DNA of 64,000 nucleotides from a virus (lineage: Duplodnaviria > Caudoviricetes), in IMG/VR virus record IMGVR_UViG_3300046170_000323; one strand, given 5' to 3'. The translations under genes and the position numbers were made by a program. Below the pieces are notes generated by a model. That model saw only the letters and a program-made list of their open reading frames with translations. It ran no database searches and was not told the origin of the DNA. Numbering within the stretch: the stretch's first letter is position 1; each line of letters opens with the position of its first letter. This document shows, one piece after another, positions 32,560-44,270 of the stretch.

Positions 32560-34192
32560 TTAAAATTCCATCACAAATTTGAATTCTTCTCTGGAGTTCT
32601 CTGTTCTTGGTAGTGCAAAGAAGTCCTCTAAGAAATACATTTTTCCCGACCTTTGTGAGTAAGATGGAATTACTACGTTGTTCGCTATAGGTGTATTTAT
32701 CCTAATTATCTGTCCTGTAGAATTTCTAAAGTTCAGATTTAAATCTAGTGAGTTACTTGAGTTAGCTTTTATTCTGATATGGCCCCATATATTCTGCGAG
32801 GAACATTGTATTACTTGAGTAATCAATATCATGTACTTTTGCAGAAAATGTGGTTTCGTTTGCACCGTCAACCTGTGTAACAATTCCATTTATTGCAGCA
32901 TATTCAATGTCATCTGTCGTAACCGCCATACGATTGTCAAATATTGACGGTGTATTGTTTGCATCAATAATACTATTGTTAGGATAGACGAATTCTGGAT
33001 TTTTTACGACCCCAACAGATGAGTAGGTGTTATTTGCACCAATTAAAAGATTGTCTTCTCCTGTTATATATGCATATATTCCAAAGTGTCTACAATAGAA
33101 CTCATCAATCAAGTTCGTACCATGCCCGTCTGGGGGTGAAAGAACAGCACGAAGTTCTGCACGTTCATCTGTACGAGTTGGATCATTTGGATTGAAGTCA
33201 TACAAAGGATCGACAACACGTGCGAGAAGATTATTATATCCTGTACCACGATCCAATAGAGTAACGGATGTGATCTGACCATCTGAGTTGAGGACTGGAA
33301 CTGCTTCAGCGTCCTGTCCATCACCTTCGATTTTAATTTTTGGAAGGATCTGCCATCTTGCATTTGCGGAAACACCTGCAAGTACTGGGTTCCTGTCAAC
33401 ACGAAACTCTACTTCACCTGTTGTTGTGTTGTAGTTATAGTATTCGATATCAAATAGGAATGACACACCATTGTTTTGGTTTGTCACGTAAAGTGTTTGT
33501 CCGTAATAGTAGAAGAAGATCTGAGCGATAGTATCATCGTCTGGTCTACCAAAGATTTGTCCGTTACCATATGGAGACTGGGAAAGAGAACCCTCTTTCT
33601 TTGTGTATCCTCTGTTTGCGATAGCATTCTCTACAAAGATATCAGAAACTTCACACCCACCAGTATTTGATACTGGGTCTGTGTCGAAGTCACCTATCAG
33701 TGGAACATAACCCAAAGAGTTATATGCATCAAACTCCAATGCAGTCATAGAGTATATGAACTTCCATAGGTAACCATCTGCAGTCTGGTAGATTTGAGTG
33801 GCGTTGTTCGCATTCCATGCAGGTGGCGCTTGAACTTTTGCCTCTTCATTATTGTAAAGACATTTGAATACTCTGTAGTCACCAGTATCGTTGTTGTTTG
33901 GTGAAACAACTGCATAGAAGTTCTTTTCTTCTAAATCGATTCTGTCATCGTACTGAGTATATACTTCATCTCTTTGCCAAGGATAATACTTGATCATGAA
34001 ATGGACATCGTCGTTGAATATTTTCTTGCCGAACAAAACTTTTTCTAAGAACTCATTCTTTGCATATCTTGAGTTCTCAGAATCGAGACGATCTATACCA
34101 GATGCCATTAGATAATAGTCATTGGTGAGGATGTCCTCTACGAACAACCTTGTGGAATCCGATTTAAAATTTGTGGTTAAGATCTCTGGCAT
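32560..34192 (-). CDS. gp8: Baseplate wedge subunit gp8; +1 frameshift at ~32770
   Basis: DYRVFKCLYNN...TADGYLWKFIY and SPPDGHG motifs. Frame resumes (KANSSNSLDL...EEFKFVMEF); span 3n+1. Confidence 0.85.
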
Positions 34193-34217
34193 TATTTCTC
34201 TCTGCTCATTTCTAATA

Positions 34218-34225
34218 TATTTATG
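34218..34225 (-). promoter_or_regulatory. Late promoter variant CATAAATA
   Basis: Intergenic, upstream of gp8. Confidence 0.7.
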
Positions 34226-34228
34226 GTG

Positions 34229-36097
34229 TTATCCAACAGCTATTTTTCTGCGAGGATATTGCACTCTAGTAGGCTCTCTACTTACATAATGATAATTTCT
34301 TTTTAATTCGCTTGACACTTGATTACTTGTGTTATATAACATGTAGGATGGTACATGAATACGTCTGGTTGTAGATCCGAAAAGATCTGAAACATCTACT
34401 CCACCATTCGCAGAATCACCAGAGACAATACTATTCACATTTGAAGATGAATAAAGTCTACTAGATGGATAGTTTGCAGCTGGTGGACTGTTGTCCCAAT
34501 CAATCAAACCTTCTGATTCCAAGGCAGGTTGTGAAGTTCTTCTTAAAATATCTAACAACTGATCATGGGATGGGTACTCACCATAAACGTCAAAGAACCA
34601 ACAAACATGCATAGTGGCAACACCTGCAGCGACTGGCCCTGCACAAGATGTACCTGAGAAGTATCCCCATTTACCGTCTTGATATGTGCTGGTGGGATAT
34701 GAAGTCCAAGTATATGCACCATTTGCCCAAAGGTCAATCATTGGGCCTCGTGCAGAATAATCATCTCCTAATGGATTTGCTTCTGAGTGTTGACACGCAC
34801 CGATGGTGTAATAATTGTCTCCACCGTTTTCATAAGAACGTACAGGGTATTTGTTCGTTTGGACAATCTGTGTTTCAGAACTAAAACTATATGTCCCGAA
34901 TGTACTGTTGTAATTGATTTCTGTATACGTAGTTCCTGCTTCAATAGTTATTCTATTATTATATTGCGGATCAGTCGGGCCTGCGCCCACGTATGAAGAA
35001 TTACCTGCACTCTTAAAATGATATATGCCTGGCGTACTTGCATAGTTACCAAGAGCGATATCAAAAGAAGTTGCACGAAATCCGTTTGGAACGCTGATCA
35101 TCCACTTTCTTGTGTTATCATCTGGATCTTCGATTACACGAGGAGCCATATTCGCATCGACAAATGGAGATAAGTCTGACAACCATCCACCAACTGGACG
35201 TGGAGTGGTAGTCTCGTTGCCGTTACTATCGTAAGAACGTATTTCAGTTATTGAGTCAACTGGATATGCATCCGTAAAGTCTACACCAGAATATCCCCAT
35301 GCACCAGTAGTGATTGTTGCATTACGTACACCAGTGACTGGGTTGACTGGTTTTGAAATATGCCAACTTCTTACGGCATCATACGCAGTAGTGACACCAT
35401 CAGAAAGATAGATGACTCTTAAAGAAGAAACTTTTGCAAATCCACAAACAAGTCCACCAGCTGCAGACAGAACACCAATTGCATGTGATGAAAAGTATTC
35501 TGTGTCGTTTGTTACTTGCCTATTACGATCAGATGATACACTACCATTGTGGTTATCCCAATCCATCTTTACGAATCTTGAATTACCTTGATCGTCTAAG
35601 AAGTCTGGATGTTGATCGTGCGAATCATTAGAAGAAACAGGCGTACCTGCTTCGATTGCAACGATATCTACAAACTCACCTGCATAATTTTGCGTTACAG
35701 GTTGATTAGCAATGGTGTTGTCTTCAAAACTTGGTGAACCATCAAACCAACCGACAGGGCCACTGTTTGCATTTAAAACCTGATTACTACTGAAGTGAAA
35801 CATAGTTGAATGATAGTCAGCACCATTACCACCAGTACTTGGTTGGTATTTTGTACGCATCTCTTTTGTAACAGTACGTGGAGTATATGCCATGTCTTCC
35901 ACTGGCAGTTCTAGTTCTACTGCCGTTATGTGAGCACATGCTTCAAGTTTCTCCGCTTCTTCTGAAGTCAACAATAGTGTTACAACACCATCTAGATTAT
36001 CAAGTGTATCATATACTTCCATATCACAACAATCATCCGACAGGACTTGATCCTGTAATGACGAGTCTGATAATACGATGTTATATCTTTGTTTCAT
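34229..36097 (-). CDS. Subtilisin-family (S8) serine protease with putative I9-like prodomain
   Basis: SHAIGVLSAAGG (His), FKSAGNS (oxyanion Asn), FSGTSCAGP (Ser). The expected catalytic Asp position reads IEAG. Confidence 0.8.
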   Translation of the reverse strand: MKQRYNIVLSDSSLQDQVLSDDCCDMEVYDTLDNLDGVVTLLLTSEEAEKLEACAHITAVELELPVEDMAYTPRTVTKEMRTKYQPSTGGNGADYHSTMFHFSSNQVLNANSGPVGWFDGSPSFEDNTIANQPVTQNYAGEFVDIVAIEAGTPVSSNDSHDQHPDFLDDQGNSRFVKMDWDNHNGSVSSDRNRQVTNDTEYFSSHAIGVLSAAGGLVCGFAKVSSLRVIYLSDGVTTAYDAVRSWHISKPVNPVTGVRNATITTGAWGYSGVDFTDAYPVDSITEIRSYDSNGNETTTPRPVGGWLSDLSPFVDANMAPRVIEDPDDNTRKWMISVPNGFRATSFDIALGNYASTPGIYHFKSAGNSSYVGAGPTDPQYNNRITIEAGTTYTEINYNSTFGTYSFSSETQIVQTNKYPVRSYENGGDNYYTIGACQHSEANPLGDDYSARGPMIDLWANGAYTWTSYPTSTYQDGKWGYFSGTSCAGPVAAGVATMHVCWFFDVYGEYPSHDQLLDILRRTSQPALESEGLIDWDNSPPAANYPSSRLYSSSNVNSIVSGDSANGGVDVSDLFGSTTRRIHVPSYMLYNTSNQVSSELKRNYHYVSREPTRVQYPRRKIAVG

Positions 36098-37131
36098 TAG
36101 AAGTTCTCTAATTTAAGTCCAGTAAGTGTTACCACGACAGTTGACGTTGAACCTGATATATTAGTTACTCTTACAGGCATTGTAGTTTCACCGCTATCAA
36201 TGAAACCAAACACTGCAGGGGATAACACGATAGTGTTTGCACTGTTTGAAACGTATTCTAAAATTACACCTGTACCTTCTGCAGGGTCTATACCCTGTGC
36301 ACGACTTGCGTCTGCAGTACGAGATGCAACATCTTTATAAACTCTTACTCTTGCAGCTCTGTCTACTGTCACACTATAAAGTGCGAAAGATGCACCAAGG
36401 TCTGCAAATGAAATATCAGTATCGAAACCATCTGGCAAGGATGAAGTTGTGACAGCTTGACTAACACGTGTTGGTGTAAAGCCAGGACTTGAGTTACCAC
36501 TACCACCACCTGTAGATGCAAACGTGATTCTGTCATTAGTCGCATCTGTAGTAATTGTCATGTTACTACCTGCAACCAAAGTCAATGTATCAGTGATCGA
36601 ATCTGCAACAACAGAGGTCTGACCAGATACAGCGAAAGAACTAAATGTGTTTGATGAACCACCACCACCTACAGATTGCTCTACCCAAGTGTACGTTCCA
36701 TCTGCATTTGTTGCGAGAACATAATCCGCTACTTCTGTATTTGTATGATTATTTGCATAGACCATATCAGTCAAAGGATCTACATATGCAGAGATTGATG
36801 TGTTTGCGTCTGAAAGGAGTCTATTCCAATTGACGTGAGCGTAATACATTGCCCCTGTTTCGTGCACATGAGCAATGCACCCATGATACGTACTTGCGCT
36901 CAGATTATTGAGTTCAGCGAGAGTGTCAATCTTGAATGAGATGGGGTTCCAAGTGTTCAATACTTGAATGGCGTTGTTAGAAACCATATTAAGTAGAGTC
37001 TGTGAACCGACACCACCGACTGCACGATAAACTTCACTGAAGTTATCATTAAGTTTGTCCATGGCGACACGTATCGGATCACCAGTACCATCGTTTGGCG
37101 CTTGACCTATGTCAACAACTTGCTTTGCCAT
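36097..37131 (-). CDS. Virion protein with gp9/gp10-type N-terminal attachment motif
   Basis: DIGQAPNDGTGDPIRVAMDKLNDNFSEVY motif as in T4 gp9/gp10-like fibre connectors. Confidence 0.7.
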   Translation of the reverse strand: MAKQVVDIGQAPNDGTGDPIRVAMDKLNDNFSEVYRAVGGVGSQTLLNMVSNNAIQVLNTWNPISFKIDTLAELNNLSASTYHGCIAHVHETGAMYYAHVNWNRLLSDANTSISAYVDPLTDMVYANNHTNTEVADYVLATNADGTYTWVEQSVGGGGSSNTFSSFAVSGQTSVVADSITDTLTLVAGSNMTITTDATNDRITFASTGGGSGNSSPGFTPTRVSQAVTTSSLPDGFDTDISFADLGASFALYSVTVDRAARVRVYKDVASRTADASRAQGIDPAEGTGVILEYVSNSANTIVLSPAVFGFIDSGETTMPVRVTNISGSTSTVVVTLTGLKLENF

Positions 37132-37158
37132 TTTAAACCTTCCTAAGTGTTTTTAAAT

Positions 37159-37166
37159 TATTTATG
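37159..37166 (-). promoter_or_regulatory. Late promoter variant CATAAATA
   Basis: Overlaps the gp7-like stop, 28 nt upstream of the 37131 start. Confidence 0.7.
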
Positions 37167-40117
37167 TTACTGTAATTGTGTTATTCATTGATCCATGTAC
37201 ACCACACTGATAATAGTAGACTCCAGTTCCACCTACAATCCACTGAAGTGTTGCGCCACCTTGACCTACAACACCAGAAATTTGATTTCCAGTTCCACTT
37301 CCTTGGACAGTTTTTAGATAGAATGGGTGACTTGTTTGTGTACTTGAATCGATATTAAATTGAACTTTATCACCGACACTAAATGTTAGTGCAGGTTGTG
37401 CTGCAGATGTTAGAGTACCACCACCATGCGTTCCGTTAAACACATAATCAAAGATTGGTGTAGTTACGTTGATAGTGTAATCGGGTGTAAATGTACCTTG
37501 ACTTGTATCATTAATTGTGATAGGGCCAACACTTGTCACTACTGGGCCTACTCCAGATCCAGTATGTAATGTGACGGTAAATGTTTCTGCACCTTCTGTC
37601 ACCCCATCTGCGAGAGGAGTCAACTGGAATGCACCTGAGTTGTTTGTCATGTTGACATTACCACTCTGGAACTGGAAGTCTCCAGTATTTGGAATAGACC
37701 AATATAGAGGCCCCATTCGGGAAGTTTGTTGTGGTGACGACAAACGTAAGTGAACTACCTTCATCCACACTCGTTGCACCACCCTGTACTTCTAGTTGGT
37801 AAGAGATTGTACCACCACCAGCAAATGACGAATCATTGTCTGAAGTGACTAGTTCTGTATCAACATAGATGTTAGTGAAGTCAGATGTGAGGTTTGTAGT
37901 GTTACCAATATCCAAGGGTGATGTTGACTCACCGTCATCATTAAAGATACGGATAAATCTCTGTTTAACACCAGTATCCGTTGGCCCAACTTCGAACTTA
38001 CGGTTGTATGCAAACTTACCAAACATCTTAGTACCTGCAGTGTGCATGGTATCTCTAAGGAAGTCTTCGTAAACTGGTTTTCCAAGCATACTACGAACTT
38101 CGTATGAATACTCTTGGAAGTAATCACTGTCTTGAACCTTCATAGAAGAGTCGAAGTAGTTATAGTTGTTAGCGGTATCAACACGATATCCATTCAAGTG
38201 TGAGTTGAAGTCCGCCCAATAACCTTCAGTTACACCCTGCGAGTCTGCAGTGATTGTACCCTTTGCATATAGGATGTTATTGTTTGCGAGGTATCCTGTT
38301 TCTCCAGTAGAATAACCTAGACCAGAGTTAAAGATCCTTGCAGTCTTAATCTTACCTGTTGCAAATTCAACCTCTGTATCAACGACTGCGTTCTCACCAA
38401 ATGACTGAGAGTTGTAATCTGTTTCAACGCCCAAGATTGTGAAAACGTCTGTGTTTTCTCTGGTAATATTGTTTGTACCTGAAAATCCATAATATGCATA
38501 TGGTGTAACAGTAATAGATCCAACCTGAGTATTAGATCCACGAACCTTACCGACGACTCCAGTATTCGCTTCGATAACTTTTTCACCAATGTTGAATGAA
38601 CCTGCAGCCGCAGGGTTCGACAATTGAATGATTTGATCTTTACGATCAAACTGTAACATTTGACTATCAAGTGGAAATGCAAACACATCGTTCGTGTAGT
38701 TAACGCCTGGATCGATATTCTTAAAGATATCAATTGCACCAATATTGAATGGTGTTAAGTCAAACGCTTGATTCAATGGTGTTGCAATCGTCACTGGGTT
38801 TGCAGTACCAGACATTGGTTGACCTGCAGGTGGAACATCATTATAGTTTGATGAATCGAGTGTGACAGCGAGGAATGGTGCAATAGGATCTGTGATTAAC
38901 GAGATGTTTTCAATATTGTTAATTACCGCCACAACCTGTGTGGTTGCATCTGGTGGTGTACCATCTGGGTATAGAGGGCCTGGCGAACTTGAGTTCTTGT
39001 TCGTAATATCAGTCCAGAAAATATCTGAGTTTGCAAAGTTTCTACGACGAAGTTGAGGAGATTGAGTTTCATCAAAATCCTGACCTGCATTCATCTTTAC
39101 ACCAATGGCGATTTCATTGAAACCTGTGAGTACACCTTCGTTACCGAATCTATCACCGATTGTTTCGCCGAGATCCCATTCAGTGTCACGTGACCCTGCG
39201 TCAAGAATGACCACTTGATCACTGACAAGAAGTCTTGCGTTTTCTACTGTGTAACCAAAACCACCATCGATATATTCGTATGCAATTGTACCAGTAATTT
39301 CATCAGATACTTCTGTGACGATTGCACGTCCACCGACACCAAATGTGCCTTGCACATCGAATATGTCACCGACTTGGTTTCCTGTGGTTGCAAGAGACCA
39401 CTTGTCATCGATATCAAGATCTACAAGTGAACCGTTGATCTTACCAAAAGAAACAGTCTCACCAGAAATCTGTGTGAGAACATCATCGTACTTAATGTAG
39501 TTGCCTTGTAAGTTATCGATGTATATAATAGGTGTGATAATACCGTTGAGAAGAATAAAGTTAATCTTGTTGACGGATGACTTCGCACCAGAAGTGGAAC
39601 CAGTAATGTTTCTACCTAACAGATCAAGATATGTGTACTTAACACCTGTCTTTGAGAAAAACTCATTGGTTGTTGGGAACATCTGCAAGAAGTTACCAGT
39701 TCGCCATTTAGATGACGAAGGTTTAAACATTTTTTGAGCGGGATAATATACTTCAATATCTTCTTTGTAGAAGAGTCTGAAGAAGAGTTCAATACCTTGT
39801 TCTGTACCTTTTGCACGATACAAGTCCATGATGTTTTTTATTACAAAAACAATTTGTTCTTCCTTGTATGGAAGATCTGCCATGAACATTCTTTGAAAGT
39901 GAATTATCATACTAGAGATCGTAGTAGATACATCACGATATTCGAAGATACGTCTTATATTGTAAACAGACTGATTTGTGTCTGTTTCCATGAACTCATA
40001 ATAGTCTCGCACAAGCTGAATCAACTCAGGCCCGAACTCTTTATAGAGAGCGGGGAACTGAGCATCTACGAAGAAAGAAACTTTCTTAAGAATTTCTGCT
40101 TGATTGTAATCGGCCAT
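37162..40117 (-). CDS. Baseplate wedge protein (gp7-like) with C-terminal Calx-beta-like and cupredoxin-like domains; +1 frameshift at ~37711
   Basis: Follows gp6. Motifs FIEFVRDYYEF-like, LYRAKGTEQGI..FFRLFY and QDSDYFQEYSYEVRS...HTAGTKMFG. Fragments join at AATGGGGCCTC; span 3n+1. Confidence 0.75.
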
Positions 40118-42072
40118 TAGTAACCCGAACCTCCGCCATAATCGGTATACCCACCACCAGCGCCACCTGATCGACCTGTACCTGCACCTGTCCCTGTAAT
40201 AAGGACATCAACTCCTGCTGGAACTGTTGGTGTGATGGAGTTCGTTGTTGTAGTGGTCAAGTTTGCTTTTACCCCATCGACATAAACGTTCACACGAACA
40301 TCTTCATCTTTAAGTATGAAGACTCTTCCGTTTGGTGCACGAATATCATCTGGTCTTGTATTTGCAAATATTTTAATAGAGGCGCCTGGGTAACTCTCTG
40401 TTTCAAAGTTAATTAGTTTTACCTCACCAGTTTCGTAGTTCACTGTACCAGCGGAAGGATTTACAACTTGTGGGTTTGCAATATCATCAGTGACAATCTG
40501 AATTTTGCCTTTACCATCGTCTTGGAAGAATACACAGATACCGTTTTGATCAAAGATAGAACTTACGATTGCAGGTTTGTAGTTAGCAAACCCTTCTGTT
40601 GTTGAATATGCGTATGGTTTAATAAGTTCAGTTCCAAATACGAAACGTGGATTAGTAACGATATTAATAGTAGGAGAGAACTCAATAATAGGTTTAGCAA
40701 TAATCGCATTCGATTGAATTGAAGTATCGATAGAATCTATTTCAGATGACAACTTAGATAGTCTTAGTACTGCATTAAACTTATTCAAGTTAGTTGAGGA
40801 ATGAAGTTTGATTTTATCACGAACCAATGATTCAATTTGATCTGCAGACTTTTCTGTTTCAGTAGTCGTATAGTAAACATTAATGCCAATGTCTGCATAG
40901 ATGAAATCAGTTTTCACAAAGAATGGTTCAATCGTCAATGGTGTTCTTTCTTTTAGGAAAGAAATATATGAGTTTGCAAGTGTTTGAGAAATCAACTGTG
41001 CATTGTCGTTTAAGTATACAGAGATTGCAACCTTACCAAACTGTGGCGGATCTAACTGATCACCACCATATGCAGAAACTGCAGAGATCTCTGGGAACTG
41101 TTGTTTAAGAAGAATCTCATAATCTTTGGTTGTAATCGCACGATCCTGAATCTGCAATGCTCTTGGCGCATTGAAACGAATGGACTCAATGCCTTCTCTT
41201 TCCGCACCACCCGCTGCAGGTTGAATAGTTGTTACAGTGATTTGAGTATCTGGTATAAACGATGTCGTGAATGCGTTCGCACCATTTGGTTCTTCTGCAG
41301 AACAAATTCTATAACGGACTTTAACATCTTCGAATGCAGTTGGTTGCAAACCAAAAATGTTGTTTCCAAAATAAATATTATATCGATTATCGAAGTATGG
41401 TTCTAGATAAAACACTTTATCCAGTGCACCCACTCCAAAGATATTTGTTCTATATGTAAATACGTTTTGATCTTCTGTCGCCTCTGCATCTACGAAACAA
41501 ACGATGGAGTCTGTGTCGACTTCTGCGTTTGATAGTGCGACACGTAGGACACCTTTGTCGTCAATCAAGAAACCTTCACGTTCAAATGATTGCAACATCT
41601 CACCTTCAAAGATTTCTATATTATCAGTTTCGAATACCCCAACATCAACTTTCTTAGCGATATATGTTTGATCTGTTACGAAGTTAAAAGACTGTCCCAA
41701 ATAAGAGGAAGTGAATTCGGTGTATGTTGGAATAACAACAGTTTGATCTTCGATAGTTTGTTGAGGATCGTCTATGCGTAGTCTGACAACAGCCTTTGCA
41801 GATTTACGAGAACGAGGAAGATAATTAAGTTCTTTTGAATGAGAGATGACAGAGTTACGCAACATTGCAGTGTCAAGGAACATCTCGTTGACTGCCATGT
41901 TGGTGTAGAAGTTATTATGATACGTGTTGTATGCAAGGACATCCAACATGACACTCATGTTCGAACCTTCAAAGTTGTAGTCTTTGAATTGGGTTTGAGA
42001 TCTTAGGTATGATTTTAACTGAGTTTTGACTGCCTCAAAATCCAGTTCTACGATTGGGGTTGGCGTTGCCAT
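40117..42072 (-). CDS. gp6: Baseplate wedge subunit gp6
   Basis: LDFEAVKTQLKSYLRSQTQFKDYNFEGSNMSVMLDVLAYNT...QDRAITTKDYE signature. Confidence 0.95.
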   Translation of the reverse strand: MATPTPIVELDFEAVKTQLKSYLRSQTQFKDYNFEGSNMSVMLDVLAYNTYHNNFYTNMAVNEMFLDTAMLRNSVISHSKELNYLPRSRKSAKAVVRLRIDDPQQTIEDQTVVIPTYTEFTSSYLGQSFNFVTDQTYIAKKVDVGVFETDNIEIFEGEMLQSFEREGFLIDDKGVLRVALSNAEVDTDSIVCFVDAEATEDQNVFTYRTNIFGVGALDKVFYLEPYFDNRYNIYFGNNIFGLQPTAFEDVKVRYRICSAEEPNGANAFTTSFIPDTQITVTTIQPAAGGAEREGIESIRFNAPRALQIQDRAITTKDYEILLKQQFPEISAVSAYGGDQLDPPQFGKVAISVYLNDNAQLISQTLANSYISFLKERTPLTIEPFFVKTDFIYADIGINVYYTTTETEKSADQIESLVRDKIKLHSSTNLNKFNAVLRLSKLSSEIDSIDTSIQSNAIIAKPIIEFSPTINIVTNPRFVFGTELIKPYAYSTTEGFANYKPAIVSSIFDQNGICVFFQDDGKGKIQIVTDDIANPQVVNPSAGTVNYETGEVKLINFETESYPGASIKIFANTRPDDIRAPNGRVFILKDEDVRVNVYVDGVKANLTTTTTNSITPTVPAGVDVLITGTGAGTGRSGGAGGGYTDYGGGSGY

Positions 42073-42488
42073 TATCTTGTCCTCTCTAGTATCACATCTA
42101 ACGTGACTGGCTGTTCTCTATTACTGATGTAAAATCTCACAGTAACATAAACTTCGTTTTCGTCTAAAGAACCTGCAGCGACTACATCAATGATTTCTGC
42201 ACGAGGTTCGTAGAGTTCTAGTGTTGTTTTAACACGGTCTTTAATTAATTCTAGTGTAGCAGGCGTTAGGTTTTCAAAGAGTAGTTCTCTGAGTCCCGCC
42301 CCAAGGTTTGGTTGCATTAAACGTTCACCACGAGCGGTCATGATAAGATTGTACATTGCTTCCTTGACAGAATCTTCGTCCCTTGATATTGCAAGGTCAT
42401 CTGTCAAAAGATTCAATTCCAGATCTTTTCTAAAATCAGAATAAAGACTGATCTTTTTTTGTGTTGGTGTAAAGACGTTTAACGACAT
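42072..42488 (-). CDS. gp25: Baseplate wedge subunit gp25
   Basis: LIMTARGERLMQPNLGAGLRELLFE...YEPRA motif. Confidence 0.95.
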   Translation of the reverse strand: MSLNVFTPTQKKISLYSDFRKDLELNLLTDDLAISRDEDSVKEAMYNLIMTARGERLMQPNLGAGLRELLFENLTPATLELIKDRVKTTLELYEPRAEIIDVVAAGSLDENEVYVTVRFYISNREQPVTLDVILERTR

Positions 42489-44270
42489 TTAATTTCTCTC
42501 TAATAAATCCATGTGCATAAAACCACGTGAATTATAATGTTTAGTCCAATTGAATCCAGATGCAAGAGCATCCTTTTGGAATTGTGCCCTACTAACACCT
42601 GATGGGTAAACCACATCTACCGCATTACCTAACATGTGTTGAGATGAAAATGCAACTCCGTAGTTCCATCCTCTTCCCTTTACAAACGTGCCTTTGGATC
42701 TGCCCTCACGTTTGTATCTTTCTCTCAACCTATTCTGATACTGTTCACTTCTAAATCCACTATTCACTGTAAACTTTTTACCGACCTTCTTTTGCAATTT
42801 ATTCAAAGCGGCCTTTGTATCGGGAGACAGATCCGTCCAACCTCTTTGACCCATACCAGATGTAAACTTAAATCTTGGATGATTACCATCTTTGATTTCA
42901 TCCCACGTAGGAAAGTCGCCAACTTCTTTGGGTGTGGCAGCTGGTGGGTTGTTTGGCGGTTTACCTGTGGGTGTGTGATGTTTTGTTGGGTTTGATTCCA
43001 CAACACCTTCTCTAACACTCACAGTATCAGGCAGTTCTGGACGTGGTCTTGGTGTAGGTGTTACCTGATCGTCCTGTGTACCCGAAAGTAAATCGTTTAA
43101 TTGTTTATCTGATTCAAAATCTCCCAGTATCCTTTTAATTCCTGTGTTGTTCCCTCTATCGTCCAAATATGTGGTTTCAATCGGGCCTGTCCACTGTTTA
43201 ACTTGCTTATTTATTTGCTCTTTACGTTTCTCTGGTTCGATACGAACTGCACCTGCAGAAACCGCACGTGCAGTTGATAGTTTTGAGATTCTTTCTAGAC
43301 GACCAACAATGGTTTGATACTTGTATGCATAGTTGTCCATTGGTCTCTTAACATCTTTAATTAACGCTTCAATGTTTGAGGTCAATGCACAAAAACGTGC
43401 AATCAAGAATTGAATTTCTTCTAATGAGGGATTTGCAAAGAGACCCACTGCATAATCAAACAACGCCTTGATCTTGTCAGTGAGACCCTTCTTATTCTCG
43501 TCGTTAAGAATACTGGTCACTTCGTCTTTGATCTTTAGTGCCTTTTGAACTACATGCTGATCGATGTATGTTGCAATATCACCAATTGTTTGTTCTAAAT
43601 CAAAATTTTGTACTGCAGACTTTACACTCTCCCAAGTCTCTTCAACAACTGCAGTCATCTTTTCTTTGATTGCCTTTATAAGTGATGTAACTGTAACCTT
43701 TTCAATAATTGCTTTGATAGGATCTTCAAGGTTTTTTAGTTTAGTGAGGAATGATAATGCATCGTTAATCAAACCTGCAACGCTACCAATAATTGTAAAG
43801 AACCCACCAATCGCTGCAAATGCCTGAGGCATCATTTTACAGAACCCACCAAGAATACTTCCATTTGAATCTCTGTAGTAACTATTCAAATTAGGAAGAA
43901 CTGCACCACCACCTTTTTTAATTTTAGGTGGAGTGTAATTATAAGAACCAATAAAATCTGCATATTCAATTGCAGATATTGGCCCTGATTGATATCTTTG
44001 ATTTAATTCTGGATAATCGGATAACTGAGAACTATTCAAAAGTTTATTCAAGGATTCTAGTGAATTATAGAATTCATCCCCATACAACCCAACTGCAGTC
44101 TGCACAGGATCGAAAATAGAATCTTCTTGAATACCTTCAAGGAAATCATTCTTATATTGATCGACTGCATATATGTTTAATTCCCCATTGGGTTTCACAA
44201 TAGGGGCAGGAGTCAGTTTAGACCTTGTCTGTACTAATTGATTACTTAAGTCTATACACTTACTACTCAT
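42489..44270 (-). CDS. Baseplate-region protein with C-terminal zinc D,D/L,D-peptidase (M15-type) domain
   Basis: VNSGFRS...SSQHMLGNAVDV...FMHMDL gives the His/Asp/His zinc ligands. Confidence 0.8.
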   Translation of the reverse strand: MSSKCIDLSNQLVQTRSKLTPAPIVKPNGELNIYAVDQYKNDFLEGIQEDSIFDPVQTAVGLYGDEFYNSLESLNKLLNSSQLSDYPELNQRYQSGPISAIEYADFIGSYNYTPPKIKKGGGAVLPNLNSYYRDSNGSILGGFCKMMPQAFAAIGGFFTIIGSVAGLINDALSFLTKLKNLEDPIKAIIEKVTVTSLIKAIKEKMTAVVEETWESVKSAVQNFDLEQTIGDIATYIDQHVVQKALKIKDEVTSILNDENKKGLTDKIKALFDYAVGLFANPSLEEIQFLIARFCALTSNIEALIKDVKRPMDNYAYKYQTIVGRLERISKLSTARAVSAGAVRIEPEKRKEQINKQVKQWTGPIETTYLDDRGNNTGIKRILGDFESDKQLNDLLSGTQDDQVTPTPRPRPELPDTVSVREGVVESNPTKHHTPTGKPPNNPPAATPKEVGDFPTWDEIKDGNHPRFKFTSGMGQRGWTDLSPDTKAALNKLQKKVGKKFTVNSGFRSEQYQNRLRERYKREGRSKGTFVKGRGWNYGVAFSSQHMLGNAVDVVYPSGVSRAQFQKDALASGFNWTKHYNSRGFMHMDLLERN

